This document shows, piece after piece, positions 1-8,484 of a stretch of DNA of 64,000 bases (positions are counted from its first letter, which is position 1; every line of letters starts with the position of its first letter). The notes beneath the pieces were generated by a model. That model was not told the DNA's origin. It searched no databases and was given only the letters and a program-made list of their open reading frames with translations. The translations under genes were made by a program, and so were the position numbers. Source of the DNA: a virus (Duplodnaviria > Caudoviricetes); the IMG/VR virus record IMGVR_UViG_3300028561_000007, positions 2,815-66,814 of that record; one strand, written 5' to 3'.

Positions 1-612
1 AAAATATCCATATCCAAAGCATTAAAAGCAAATAAAACTATTGTCATATCTAAAATTGGATACCTAAAAAGATTATCTTCACAATTAAAATTAAAAAACA
101 TACATCAATGGATAGATAATTTTTTAGAAGAATCCGATCAGAAATTAGTAATTTTTGGAATCCATAAAAAAATCTTAAAAGATATTTATAATAAACATAA
201 ATCCATATCTGTAAAAATAGACGGGGATACATCTCAAAAAAAGAGAAAAACAGCCGTAAAACAATTCCAAACGAATAAAAAAACCAGACTATTCATTGGA
301 AACATAATCGCCGCCGGGACAGGAATCACATTAACATCAGCATATAATACGCTATTCGTAGAGATGGATTGGAACCCCGGAAATCATATTCAGGCAGAAG
401 ATAGAACCCACAGGATCGGACAAAAAAACGCCGCTTTCTATTATTATCTTGTCGCAAAAAACACAATAGAAGAAAAACTATGCGAAATAATCCAAAATAA
501 GCAAAACATAATATCTTCGACCTTAGATGGAAGTAATAAAACAAAACTAAAACTAGATGTATTTAATTTATTACAAAAACAAATAATGAAAGGAAATAAA
601 AAATGTCATTAA
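1..612 (+). CDS. SNF2/HARP-like SF2 helicase, C-terminal part (5'-truncated by window)
   Basis: Frame +1 is open from base 1. It reads ...KLVIFGIHKKIL..KIDGDTSQKKRK..FQTNKKTRLFIGNIIAAGTGITLT..EMDWNPGNHIQAEDRTHRIGQ, i.e. helicase motifs IV-VI of SNF2 type. Confidence 0.9.
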   Translation, partial: KISISKALKANKTIVISKIGYLKRLSSQLKLKNIHQWIDNFLEESDQKLVIFGIHKKILKDIYNKHKSISVKIDGDTSQKKRKTAVKQFQTNKKTRLFIGNIIAAGTGITLTSAYNTLFVEMDWNPGNHIQAEDRTHRIGQKNAAFYYYLVAKNTIEEKLCEIIQNKQNIISSTLDGSNKTKLKLDVFNLLQKQIMKGNKKCH

Positions 613-785
613 CAGATGAAATCGAATTTAGCAAAAAAATAAAGAAAATGAATCAAACTACACTTTTAATATCTGGATTATCCAAAGATCTAAAAAATCA
701 CTATAAATCATGGTGCGCTAAAAGAGGAAGAACGATGAGTAAAGATATTATACTGCATATGAAAAAATCAATAAAAAGAAAATAA
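603..785 (+). CDS. Small ribbon-helix-helix-like DNA-binding protein
   Basis: 60 aa; TTLLISGLSKDLKNHYKSWCAKRGRTMSKDII fits a beta-strand/helix/helix Arc-CopG pattern; overlaps the upstream stop. Confidence 0.5.
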   Translation: MSLTDEIEFSKKIKKMNQTTLLISGLSKDLKNHYKSWCAKRGRTMSKDIILHMKKSIKRK

Positions 786-853
786 GTCTAAAATTCCACT
801 GATGCCTTGTTTTTGAAAACAAAACGAAAAAATCTTCATATGGAGGACAAAAA

Positions 854-1726
854 ATGAAATTCCAAGAAATTCTGGACAAATACGGTATTGATTATAAAAC
901 AGAAAATCACCACCATTGCCGTCCCGGATGGATTCAATTTGATTGTCCATTTTGCGGAAAACATTCTAAAAAATATCATATGGGGTTTTCTGTTCATTTT
1001 CATTTTACGAACTGCTGGAAGTGTGGCGGTCATTCCCTTTTTTCTGTTTTACAGGAACTTCTTAATATCTCATCTTCTTCTGCTTCTAAAATAATAAAAA
1101 ACCTTGATATTGAAAGACCAGTCGAAGAAAAAGTACGAGGAACGTTAAAAATTCCATATGGGGTTTCTGACCTACTGCCTATCCATAAACAATATCTTAT
1201 GGGGCGAAATATAGATCCTGAATATGCTATTAAAACATGGAAAATAAGAGGGTTATCCCAAGTTGGAAAATTGTCATGGAGGATCTTTATTCCTATTCAT
1301 TTTAAGGAAGAAGTTGTAAGTTGGACTACTCGAACGATCCGGGATTCTTCTATACGATATCTTTCTGCATTAGCAGAACACGAATCAATTCCTCATAAAT
1401 CGCTTTTATACGGAGAAGATTACGCAAAAGATACAATTATTGTATGTGAAGGGCCGTTGGATGTATGGAAAATAGGAAAAGGTGCAGTAGCGACTTTCGG
1501 AACTTCAGTTTCTGCATCTCAAATCCTAAAAATGATTAAATATCCGAACAGAATTATTTGTATGGACCAGGAAACTAATGCACAAAAAACAGCCCAGAAC
1601 ATTTGTGATACTTTAAATTTATTTCCCGGAGAGACTTATAACCTTGTTTTAGATTCTAAAGACCCAGGCTCTGCTTCGGAAAAAGAAATTAAAAAGATAC
1701 GAGAAAAGTTTTTGAAATCCTATTGA
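854..1726 (+). CDS. DNA primase (Zn finger + TOPRIM)
   Basis: CPFC...CWKC zinc ribbon; IIVCEGPLD and ICMDQE TOPRIM acidic motifs; GGAGGA RBS. Confidence 0.9.
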   Translation: MKFQEILDKYGIDYKTENHHHCRPGWIQFDCPFCGKHSKKYHMGFSVHFHFTNCWKCGGHSLFSVLQELLNISSSSASKIIKNLDIERPVEEKVRGTLKIPYGVSDLLPIHKQYLMGRNIDPEYAIKTWKIRGLSQVGKLSWRIFIPIHFKEEVVSWTTRTIRDSSIRYLSALAEHESIPHKSLLYGEDYAKDTIIVCEGPLDVWKIGKGAVATFGTSVSASQILKMIKYPNRIICMDQETNAQKTAQNICDTLNLFPGETYNLVLDSKDPGSASEKEIKKIREKFLKSY

Positions 1727-1846
1727 TAATAATAATAGGAAATAGTATAATTTCTCTGGCAAAAGAAAAGAATCATAAGTGCCGGTGCTGTTCTTCTTTT
1801 GCCAGAAGTAACAAGTACCGGCACTTTTATATCTGGAGTATCTACT

Positions 1847-3067
1847 ATGAAAAAATCAGATCATTTTTCAGACATAAAACATCGTCCTATCAGCATTCCC
1901 AAATCAACCATTGACCTTTTTTTGAAAGAAAAAGAACCCATTGCTTTAATGGGTTTATATTTTTTTTATTATTATACGGCTATATGGCAAGAAACAAATC
2001 AGCCATTTTGCACGATCGATTATGTGGCAAAAGGCATAAGTAAAAGTAAAAAATGGGTTAGAAAATATAAGAAAAAACTAGTAGAAATTGGATTGATTGA
2101 GGACATTATTACCAGAGAAAAAGGCAAAATTAAAGGTCATTATATACGAGTATATTATTATACAAATATACCAAAATCATCAAAAAATCCTTCACCACCC
2201 TACCCTTTTTGCCAGGGGTGGCAAAAATGGGAGCCAAATGCTTATAATAATAATAATATAAATGCTTATAGCGAAAAGCCACTTTGTGGCTTTCGCAAGG
2301 TGACAAAAACTAATAAAAATGATAGTTTATATAAAAATATAAATATATGTAATAAGTCTCCAGTTAATAATAAATATACGAATATACCATTATATAAATA
2401 TAATAATAAACAGATAGACTTTTATACCAGGATGTCAAAACAACTTGCCGATACCGTCAGACAAAAAAGAAAAATAAATAGAAATGTTAGTATCCCAAGA
2501 GGTGCATCTTATTTTTACAAATTAAAAACAGATGGAATAAATAAAAAAAGAATTAAAAAAGTTTTACTTTGGTATATACGCCATATGGGGGAACCATACG
2601 TCCCGGTTGCGTATTTAGCAAAAACATTCTATGAGAAATTTCTTTCAATAGAAGATGCAATGAGTCGTCATTTATCTGATAATCCAGAAATCTCAAAAAC
2701 AGCCAAACGAATTTATAAAGCCATTCAAGATTATGGACTTGATACATCGGATAATAATTTATTAAATTTTATACAACAGTCAGTTGATAATTTTAAAGAG
2801 TACTCCAAGAAACATAATGCTGCAATTAAAAATATTTCGTCTGAAGAAACTATAGAATTTGCCAGAGATTTTTACAAAGAACTGAAGATGGAGGAATTTT
2901 TAGAAAATTGGATGATTACTGGGATGAAAAAGAAAGTTAGAACGAAAGATTTAGTTTTTACTTTTTCTTCCAATAAATTTCAAACCTACGGTAAAAGACG
3001 ATGCACAGAGATGTATGGGGATGATGATTTATGGAAAGACTACATGAAAGGTATCTATGCGAATTGA
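1847..3067 (+). CDS. Putative replication initiator (winged HTH N-terminus)
   Basis: FCTIDYVAKGISKSKKWVRKYKKKLVEIGLIED wHTH followed by an Asn-rich linker; lies between primase and helicase. ATG at 1847 (GGAG RBS) preferred over the track start at 1799. Confidence 0.55.
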   Translation: MKKSDHFSDIKHRPISIPKSTIDLFLKEKEPIALMGLYFFYYYTAIWQETNQPFCTIDYVAKGISKSKKWVRKYKKKLVEIGLIEDIITREKGKIKGHYIRVYYYTNIPKSSKNPSPPYPFCQGWQKWEPNAYNNNNINAYSEKPLCGFRKVTKTNKNDSLYKNINICNKSPVNNKYTNIPLYKYNNKQIDFYTRMSKQLADTVRQKRKINRNVSIPRGASYFYKLKTDGINKKRIKKVLLWYIRHMGEPYVPVAYLAKTFYEKFLSIEDAMSRHLSDNPEISKTAKRIYKAIQDYGLDTSDNNLLNFIQQSVDNFKEYSKKHNAAIKNISSEETIEFARDFYKELKMEEFLENWMITGMKKKVRTKDLVFTFSSNKFQTYGKRRCTEMYGDDDLWKDYMKGIYAN

Positions 3068-4457
3068 AAAAAGAAATTCTCTGACAGAAAAAAGAATCCT
3101 TACTGGGATGATTGTTGATACAAAAGTTCTTTCTGTTTTACATTCAAAATGGAAACATCAATTTCGATCCAAATGGTCAAATTTAGTAGGTCAGTGGTGC
3201 ATTGATTTTTTTACTAAATATGAAAAAGCCCCCAAATCACATATCGAGGGGATATTTGAGAGTTGGTCTTCCAAAACGAAAGAGAAAGAGACAATTGAAA
3301 TTATTGAAAAGTTTTTACGAACGTTATCTGAAGAATATGAGCATCTGGAAAAAGAATCCAATAGCGATTATTTGATAGATTTAGCCGGAAAGTTTTTTAA
3401 TCAAGTCCAGATAGAGAAATTAAATGAAGCGATTCAGGGGGATTTAGATTTAAGCCATGTCGATCAGGCCATATCCAGAATATTAAATTATAATAAAATC
3501 GAATTAGGACAAGGATCCGGAGTAGATGTTTTTAAGGATTCTAATGCAATTCAACAGGCATTTTTGGACAAAACAGAACCTTTAATTCGATTCAAAGGGG
3601 CGTTAGGCAGGTTTTATGGAGATTGTTTGGAAAGAGACGGTTTCGTAGCATTTATGGCTCCGGAAAAAAGAGGAAAGACGTGGTGCTTGATAGATCTTGC
3701 TTTTCGAGCGTTGGAACAAAGAAAGAAAGTAGCGTTTTTTGCCGCTGGAGACATGAGCCAAAATCAGATGATACGCAGATTGATGATTCGTACCGCTGGA
3801 AGGCCTATGAAAAGCGGAGAGTATAAAATTCCAATTTCTATCCAAAAGTATTCAGATAAGAAAAACGCAACTATTCGTCATAAAATGAAAAAATACACAA
3901 AAGACCTTTCATGGCAGGAATCATGGAAAAAAGCAAAAGAGTTTATGAAAAAAATACGAACGAAAGAAAATTTATTAAAATTATCATGTCACCCAAATTC
4001 CACCCTTTCTGTTCGAGGCATTAAAAATCTTCTTTCAGAATGGGATCGGTCTGGATGGACTGCGGATATTGTTATTATTGATTATGCGGATATTTTAGAT
4101 ATGTCTATGTCAGGTACCGATTCACACAGAGATAAAATCAATGAAACATGGAAACAACTACGGTCTCTTTCTCAAATTTATCATTGCCTTGTTATCACAG
4201 CCACTCAAAGTGACGCGGAATCATATAAAGCCAGAACAATGAGTAGATCTCATTTTTCTGATGATAAACGAAAGATCGGCCATGTCACAGGGATGATCGG
4301 CATAAATCAAACTGAGAAAGAAAAAGAAAGAGGTGTTTTCAGATTTAATTGGGTTGCAAAAAGAGAAGAAGAATATCGAGAGTCATTTTGTGTTTATACC
4401 GCTGGAAATATGGCGTTTGGAAATCCAGCGATGAAAAGTTGTTTTGAAAAAGATTAG
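3057..4457 (+). CDS. Replicative DnaB-like (SF4) helicase
   Basis: Walker A variant APEKRGKT, Walker B IVIIDYAD, VITATQS motif. Confidence 0.85.
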   Translation: MRIEKRNSLTEKRILTGMIVDTKVLSVLHSKWKHQFRSKWSNLVGQWCIDFFTKYEKAPKSHIEGIFESWSSKTKEKETIEIIEKFLRTLSEEYEHLEKESNSDYLIDLAGKFFNQVQIEKLNEAIQGDLDLSHVDQAISRILNYNKIELGQGSGVDVFKDSNAIQQAFLDKTEPLIRFKGALGRFYGDCLERDGFVAFMAPEKRGKTWCLIDLAFRALEQRKKVAFFAAGDMSQNQMIRRLMIRTAGRPMKSGEYKIPISIQKYSDKKNATIRHKMKKYTKDLSWQESWKKAKEFMKKIRTKENLLKLSCHPNSTLSVRGIKNLLSEWDRSGWTADIVIIDYADILDMSMSGTDSHRDKINETWKQLRSLSQIYHCLVITATQSDAESYKARTMSRSHFSDDKRKIGHVTGMIGINQTEKEKERGVFRFNWVAKREEEYRESFCVYTAGNMAFGNPAMKSCFEKD

Positions 4458-4804
4458 TTAGAAAATAATAGAATATAGAATTATGGATATATTAAGTATG
4501 TTTATCTTTAATATAAGAAATAGAGAAAAGACAAGTAAAAGTATTTTTAATATTTTTCACTTATACCCGTTTTTTCAAAAAGAATACGAAATAAATCGTC
4601 TATGGATATGATAATTAGATAGAGAGAAATGTTAATTATGAAAAATCAACCAAAATCAACCAGGATCAACCAGGATTGAAATGGTCTTTAAGGGGATGCT
4701 TTTATACTGTTTTGATTAAAAATGCAACCTGGCTCATTCTGGTTGATTATAAAAGAAAATAACGTTTATGTTGATGTATAAAAATCTAATTTAGGAGAAA
4801 TGAG

Positions 4805-5125
4805 ATGAACCTTGAAAAAATGTTTGAAGAAAACCCAGTTTTGTTTCGTCCAGCAAAACGGTATTTGGGAAATCCAAAGATTGAGAAAAAGAAAATATTA
4901 GAAGACAATTCACCTCCTAAAATAATAGGAAAATGTGGGTATTGGAAGCGAGGAGATACAATCAGACATTCAAGACCTAAAACAAAGCAAAATGAATGGA
5001 CAAAGATAGAATCCACAATGTATGTCCAAGTTGGATTTAAATGGATTCAATTACATTGGAACGCGCAGGAAAAAAGAAAATATGAAATACTAAAAAATAA
5101 AGAAAGGAAAACCACTAATGAATAA
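4805..5125 (+). CDS. Hypothetical protein (paralog of ORF starting at 63809)
   Basis: AGGAG RBS; shares F..(D/N)P.L.RPA.(R/K)YL and IGK.G.WKR motifs with the 63809 ORF. Confidence 0.7.
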   Translation: MNLEKMFEENPVLFRPAKRYLGNPKIEKKKILEDNSPPKIIGKCGYWKRGDTIRHSRPKTKQNEWTKIESTMYVQVGFKWIQLHWNAQEKRKYEILKNKERKTTNE

Positions 5126-5393
5126 AACAGAAACAGAACGGATGAAAAAGGAAATAGAATTATGTTCGGATGTTATTGACGCAATAAACCAATTAAATTT
5201 GGTTTATAAAAAATGTATCAAAGAATATCAACAAATGGAGGATGAAACGAAAAGTGTGATATTTGGCAGGATAATTGATTCTTTTATTATGAAAGCAAAA
5301 GATTGTTCGCATGATGTAGAGTGGTATCAAAAGGAAATTGAAAGTCTAAAAAAGAGGATAGAGAATGAATACAATACCACAAATAAAAGTTGA
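5118..5393 (+). CDS. Hypothetical coiled-coil protein
   Basis: 91 aa ORF, AAAGGA RBS, overlapping its neighbours in the same orientation. Confidence 0.6.
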   Translation: MNKTETERMKKEIELCSDVIDAINQLNLVYKKCIKEYQQMEDETKSVIFGRIIDSFIMKAKDCSHDVEWYQKEIESLKKRIENEYNTTNKS

Positions 5394-5736
5394 ATTTGTT
5401 GTTAATCATAATCAGTGGGACGATGAAATAAAAACAAAAATCAAGAGATACATTATCAATAAAGGGTATTTATGTAATGTATATCCTGCATATGGATTGG
5501 AAAAACCATACTATGTCATTTTAATAGATGATAAAATATGGTATTGTTCAAATAGTGCATCAGAACCTTACTATAGTCTTGTTATTGAGCAATGCTGTAC
5601 TATTAAAGAAATCAAAGATCTTCTTTATTTGGTTTTACCTTCCGTATTCAGAGATATTAAGAAAATAAGTAATGAGGTGCTGCTTTTAATCGAATCGGAG
5701 AAGATTTTAGATAAAACCAAAGAAAACACAGAATAG
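5365..5736 (+). CDS. Hypothetical protein
   Basis: 123 aa ORF in an operon-like chain. Confidence 0.6.
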   Translation: MNTIPQIKVEFVVNHNQWDDEIKTKIKRYIINKGYLCNVYPAYGLEKPYYVILIDDKIWYCSNSASEPYYSLVIEQCCTIKEIKDLLYLVLPSVFRDIKKISNEVLLLIESEKILDKTKENTE

Positions 5737-5793
5737 TTTTGTCTTTGTGTGTGATAATAATAAAGAGACAATCTTTATTGAAAGGAAACAAAA

Positions 5794-5916
5794 ATGAAAG
5801 AACAAGATCTTTGCTCGTTATTTGTGTGTTTTGAAATAATCTTTGTTCACCTGTTTATTTCCATTGCGGTTATCCAAGCCGTGTGTATGTTGCAGGACAA
5901 AAATAAAAGAAAATAA
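5794..5916 (+). CDS. Small putative membrane peptide (40 aa)
   Basis: Read manually: MKEQDLCSLFVCFEIIFVHLFISIAVIQAVCMLQDKNKRK; preceded by the GAAAGGAAACAAAA RBS box. Confidence 0.5.
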   Translation: MKEQDLCSLFVCFEIIFVHLFISIAVIQAVCMLQDKNKRK

Positions 5917-5929
5917 GAAAGGAAGAAAA

Positions 5930-6961
5930 ATGAAAGTTAATAGAGAAAATCTATTAAAAGAACTGGAATCTGTAATTCCGGGATTAAGTCCAAAGGAGGT
6001 TATTGAACAATCTTCTTGTTTTGTATTTCAAGATAATGTCATTACAACATTTAATGATGAAATTGCATGTTCAATCGGCACTGCATTAGACATAAAAGGC
6101 GCAGTTCCGGCCAAACTTTTACTGGAGGTTTTAAGAAAAGTCACAGATGAAGAAGTAGAGATTAAACAGAAAAAAGGAGAGTTGTCCATTTTTGGTAAAA
6201 AAATAAAGTGTAAAATACGAATGGAGGAAAAAATACAACTGCCGATAGATAGTGTAGATAAACCTATTGATTGGGAAGAACTTCCAGAAGGATTTTCAGA
6301 CGCTGTATCAATGGTTCAGGGGTGCGCCAGCCAAGACGAAAGCCGATTTGAATTAACGTGCATAAATATTTGTCCTGAATTTATTGAAGCGTGCGATGGA
6401 ATCCAGTTGGCTCGGTATGATATTAAGATCAATTTGGAAAAACCGTTTTTATGCAGGAAAGATTCTTTATGTCATATTGTATCAATGGATATGCAGAGTT
6501 TCAGCGAAAGTAAAAACTGGGTGCATTTTAAGAACTCCACAGGGATGGTTTTAAGTTGCAGGCGGTTTTTAGATGAAGCAAAAACGTATCCGGATTTATC
6601 TAAGTTTTTGAAAGTAGAGGGAGAGAAAACACAATTCCCAAAGAATTTGAAAGATACCGTTCTTCGAGCGGAGATATTTTCAAGAGACACTTCAGACGAA
6701 AATAAAGTAGAGATTCATATTGGAAATGAGAAAATAAAAGTAATTGGCAGAGGCGTGTCTGGATGGCTGAGCGAAACAAAAGGAATAAAGAATTATACAG
6801 GCAGTCCAATTCAGTTTAAGATACCGCCAAGACTTTTTATTGAACTAACACAGCGATTCAGCGAGTTTATCATTTCCAAAAAAAGAATAAAAGTAGAAGG
6901 AGAAAAGTACCAATATTTAACCTGTATTGAACCGATTGAAGGCGATGAGAGTGAGGAATGA
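5930..6961 (+). CDS. dnaN: DNA polymerase III beta-like sliding clamp
   Basis: MKVNRENLLKELESV... start, ~343 aa size and repeated three-domain pattern typical of DnaN; GAAAGGAAG RBS before ATG 5930. Confidence 0.75.
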   Translation: MKVNRENLLKELESVIPGLSPKEVIEQSSCFVFQDNVITTFNDEIACSIGTALDIKGAVPAKLLLEVLRKVTDEEVEIKQKKGELSIFGKKIKCKIRMEEKIQLPIDSVDKPIDWEELPEGFSDAVSMVQGCASQDESRFELTCINICPEFIEACDGIQLARYDIKINLEKPFLCRKDSLCHIVSMDMQSFSESKNWVHFKNSTGMVLSCRRFLDEAKTYPDLSKFLKVEGEKTQFPKNLKDTVLRAEIFSRDTSDENKVEIHIGNEKIKVIGRGVSGWLSETKGIKNYTGSPIQFKIPPRLFIELTQRFSEFIISKKRIKVEGEKYQYLTCIEPIEGDESEE

Positions 6962-8184
6962 GTTTTTTCTCCGTTTCTAAGTTTAAGAGGAAAAAACCCT
7001 CTTTTTCCTTTGTTCCTAAATGCGGGATGTGCGGATTGCATAAAAAGTGTGTGAATCCGCGTATCCCGTATATGGGAAAAGGAAGAAAAAAGATTTTGAT
7101 TGTATCGGAGTTTCCAACGAAAGTTGAAGACGAAGAAAGAAAAGTTCTTAATGGGGAATATGGGTATTGCGTTAAAAAATATTTGCATAGATTAGGAGTA
7201 GATTTAGAAAAAGACTGCTGGAGAGTCAATGCGGTTTGTTGTCATACAACTCATCATTCAATAGATGATTCTAAAATTATTGCGTGCCGTCCGCTTTTAT
7301 TAAAAACAGTACATGAATTAGATCCGAATGTTATTATTATTTTAGGATGGATAGGCGTAAAATCACTAATTGGTTCTTTTTATAAAGAGAAAACTGGGCC
7401 GTTAAGTTTATGGGCTGGCAATTTAATACCGAATCAAAATCCGAATGTATGGATTCTTCCTACTTTTCACCCTACTTATTTGGATCAAAATCCATATTCA
7501 TCTTCTTATGTTCTTTTTGAAAAACATTTAAGCAGAGCGGTAAAAAAACACAAAACAAAGCCGTGGTCTGATGTGCCGGATTACAGATCTGAAGTAAAGA
7601 TTTTATTTTCTACCAGCGATGCTGTTTCTTTTTTAGAAAGAATAAACAAACAAAAAGGAACTATCGCTTTTGATTATGAAAGTAATTGTATTAAACCAGA
7701 ATATCCGAAAGCCAGAATTTATAGTTGTTCTGTATGCTGGAATGGAGAGGAAACTGTTGCGTTTCCGTGGTCTTATGAAACAAAAAAGAGCATGAAAAAA
7801 GTATTGACAAATCCAGACATAAAGAAAATAGCCGCTAATATGAAATTTGAAGATCGCTGGAGTCGGTTTACTGGAATTAAAATAAAGGGATGGTTGTGGG
7901 ATACGATGCTGGCGGCTCATATGCTGGACAATCGTCCGGGTGCCGCTGGATTAAAGTATCAGTCATACGTTCAATTAGGTCTTGGAGATTATAATTCTCA
8001 TCTGGATGATTTTTTATCTACTAAAGATTGGAAACATTATAACCGGATAGAGGAAGTAGATCGAGAAGAATTGTTGTTATACAACGGAATAGACAGTTTA
8101 GTAACTTATAAAATAGCGCAAATTCAAATGAAAAGATCAGGAAAGGAACCCTATGATGGACAATTTCGATGTGCAGACAATTAA
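6958..8184 (+). CDS. Family A DNA polymerase N-terminal part: UDG family-4-like domain fused to 3'-5' exonuclease
   Basis: CxxCxL..C Fe-S-type cysteines, NAVCC and PTFHPTY (UDG-like); ExoI IAFDYES, ExoII AANMKFED, ExoIII YNGIDS. Confidence 0.85.
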   Translation: MSFFSVSKFKRKKPSFSFVPKCGMCGLHKKCVNPRIPYMGKGRKKILIVSEFPTKVEDEERKVLNGEYGYCVKKYLHRLGVDLEKDCWRVNAVCCHTTHHSIDDSKIIACRPLLLKTVHELDPNVIIILGWIGVKSLIGSFYKEKTGPLSLWAGNLIPNQNPNVWILPTFHPTYLDQNPYSSSYVLFEKHLSRAVKKHKTKPWSDVPDYRSEVKILFSTSDAVSFLERINKQKGTIAFDYESNCIKPEYPKARIYSCSVCWNGEETVAFPWSYETKKSMKKVLTNPDIKKIAANMKFEDRWSRFTGIKIKGWLWDTMLAAHMLDNRPGAAGLKYQSYVQLGLGDYNSHLDDFLSTKDWKHYNRIEEVDREELLLYNGIDSLVTYKIAQIQMKRSGKEPYDGQFRCADN

Positions 8185-8368
8185 ATCAGAGGCTCTTAAT
8201 TCGGCTAGAGTTCTTTCTAAAGAACCGGAGGAGAATAAAAAAGAAATTAGGATTGGGTCGTTATTGGTTTTTTGTAAAAAGGTATTATTTTTAGTAAAAG
8301 AAATTGAAAAATTACAGGCAAAACTTGAAAAAAAGAAAAAGAAAACAGTGAAAAAGGATAATAATTAA
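8153..8368 (+). CDS. Hypothetical protein
   Basis: 71 aa, AAAGGA RBS; its stop codon lies inside the conserved array leader. Confidence 0.5.
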   Translation: MMDNFDVQTIKSEALNSARVLSKEPEENKKEIRIGSLLVFCKKVLFLVKEIEKLQAKLEKKKKKTVKKDNN

Positions 8369-8480
8369 ATAGAAACAAAGCGCGGCGTGGCCTGGCTGGG
8401 CTTGGCAAGGCTGGGCGAGGCAAGGCACGGCTTGGCCGGGCGCGGCAAGGCGAGACAAGGCAAGGCAAGGTTGTTTTTAA
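8357..8480 (+). ncRNA. GGC-NN pentamer array 1 (putative guide RNA, 18 units)
   Basis: Leader GATAATAATTAAATAGAAAC, then strict 5-nt periodicity (AGC/GGC/GAC + variable dinucleotide) 8379-8468, ending GACAAGGCAAGGCAAGGTTGTTTTTAA. Confidence 0.75.
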
Positions 8481-8484
8481 GAGT

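Noticed and set aside
4638-4749. ATCAACCA triplicate plus AATCAACCAG/CTGGTTGATT inverted repeat as a replication origin
   Set aside because: It is short and low-complexity, which is insufficient support to assign a function.
8247-8468. Minus-strand ORF MPCLVSPCRARPSRALPR... (and the similar one at 21108-21296)
   Set aside because: These are translation shadows of the pentamer arrays, with no RBS and antisense to the operon.
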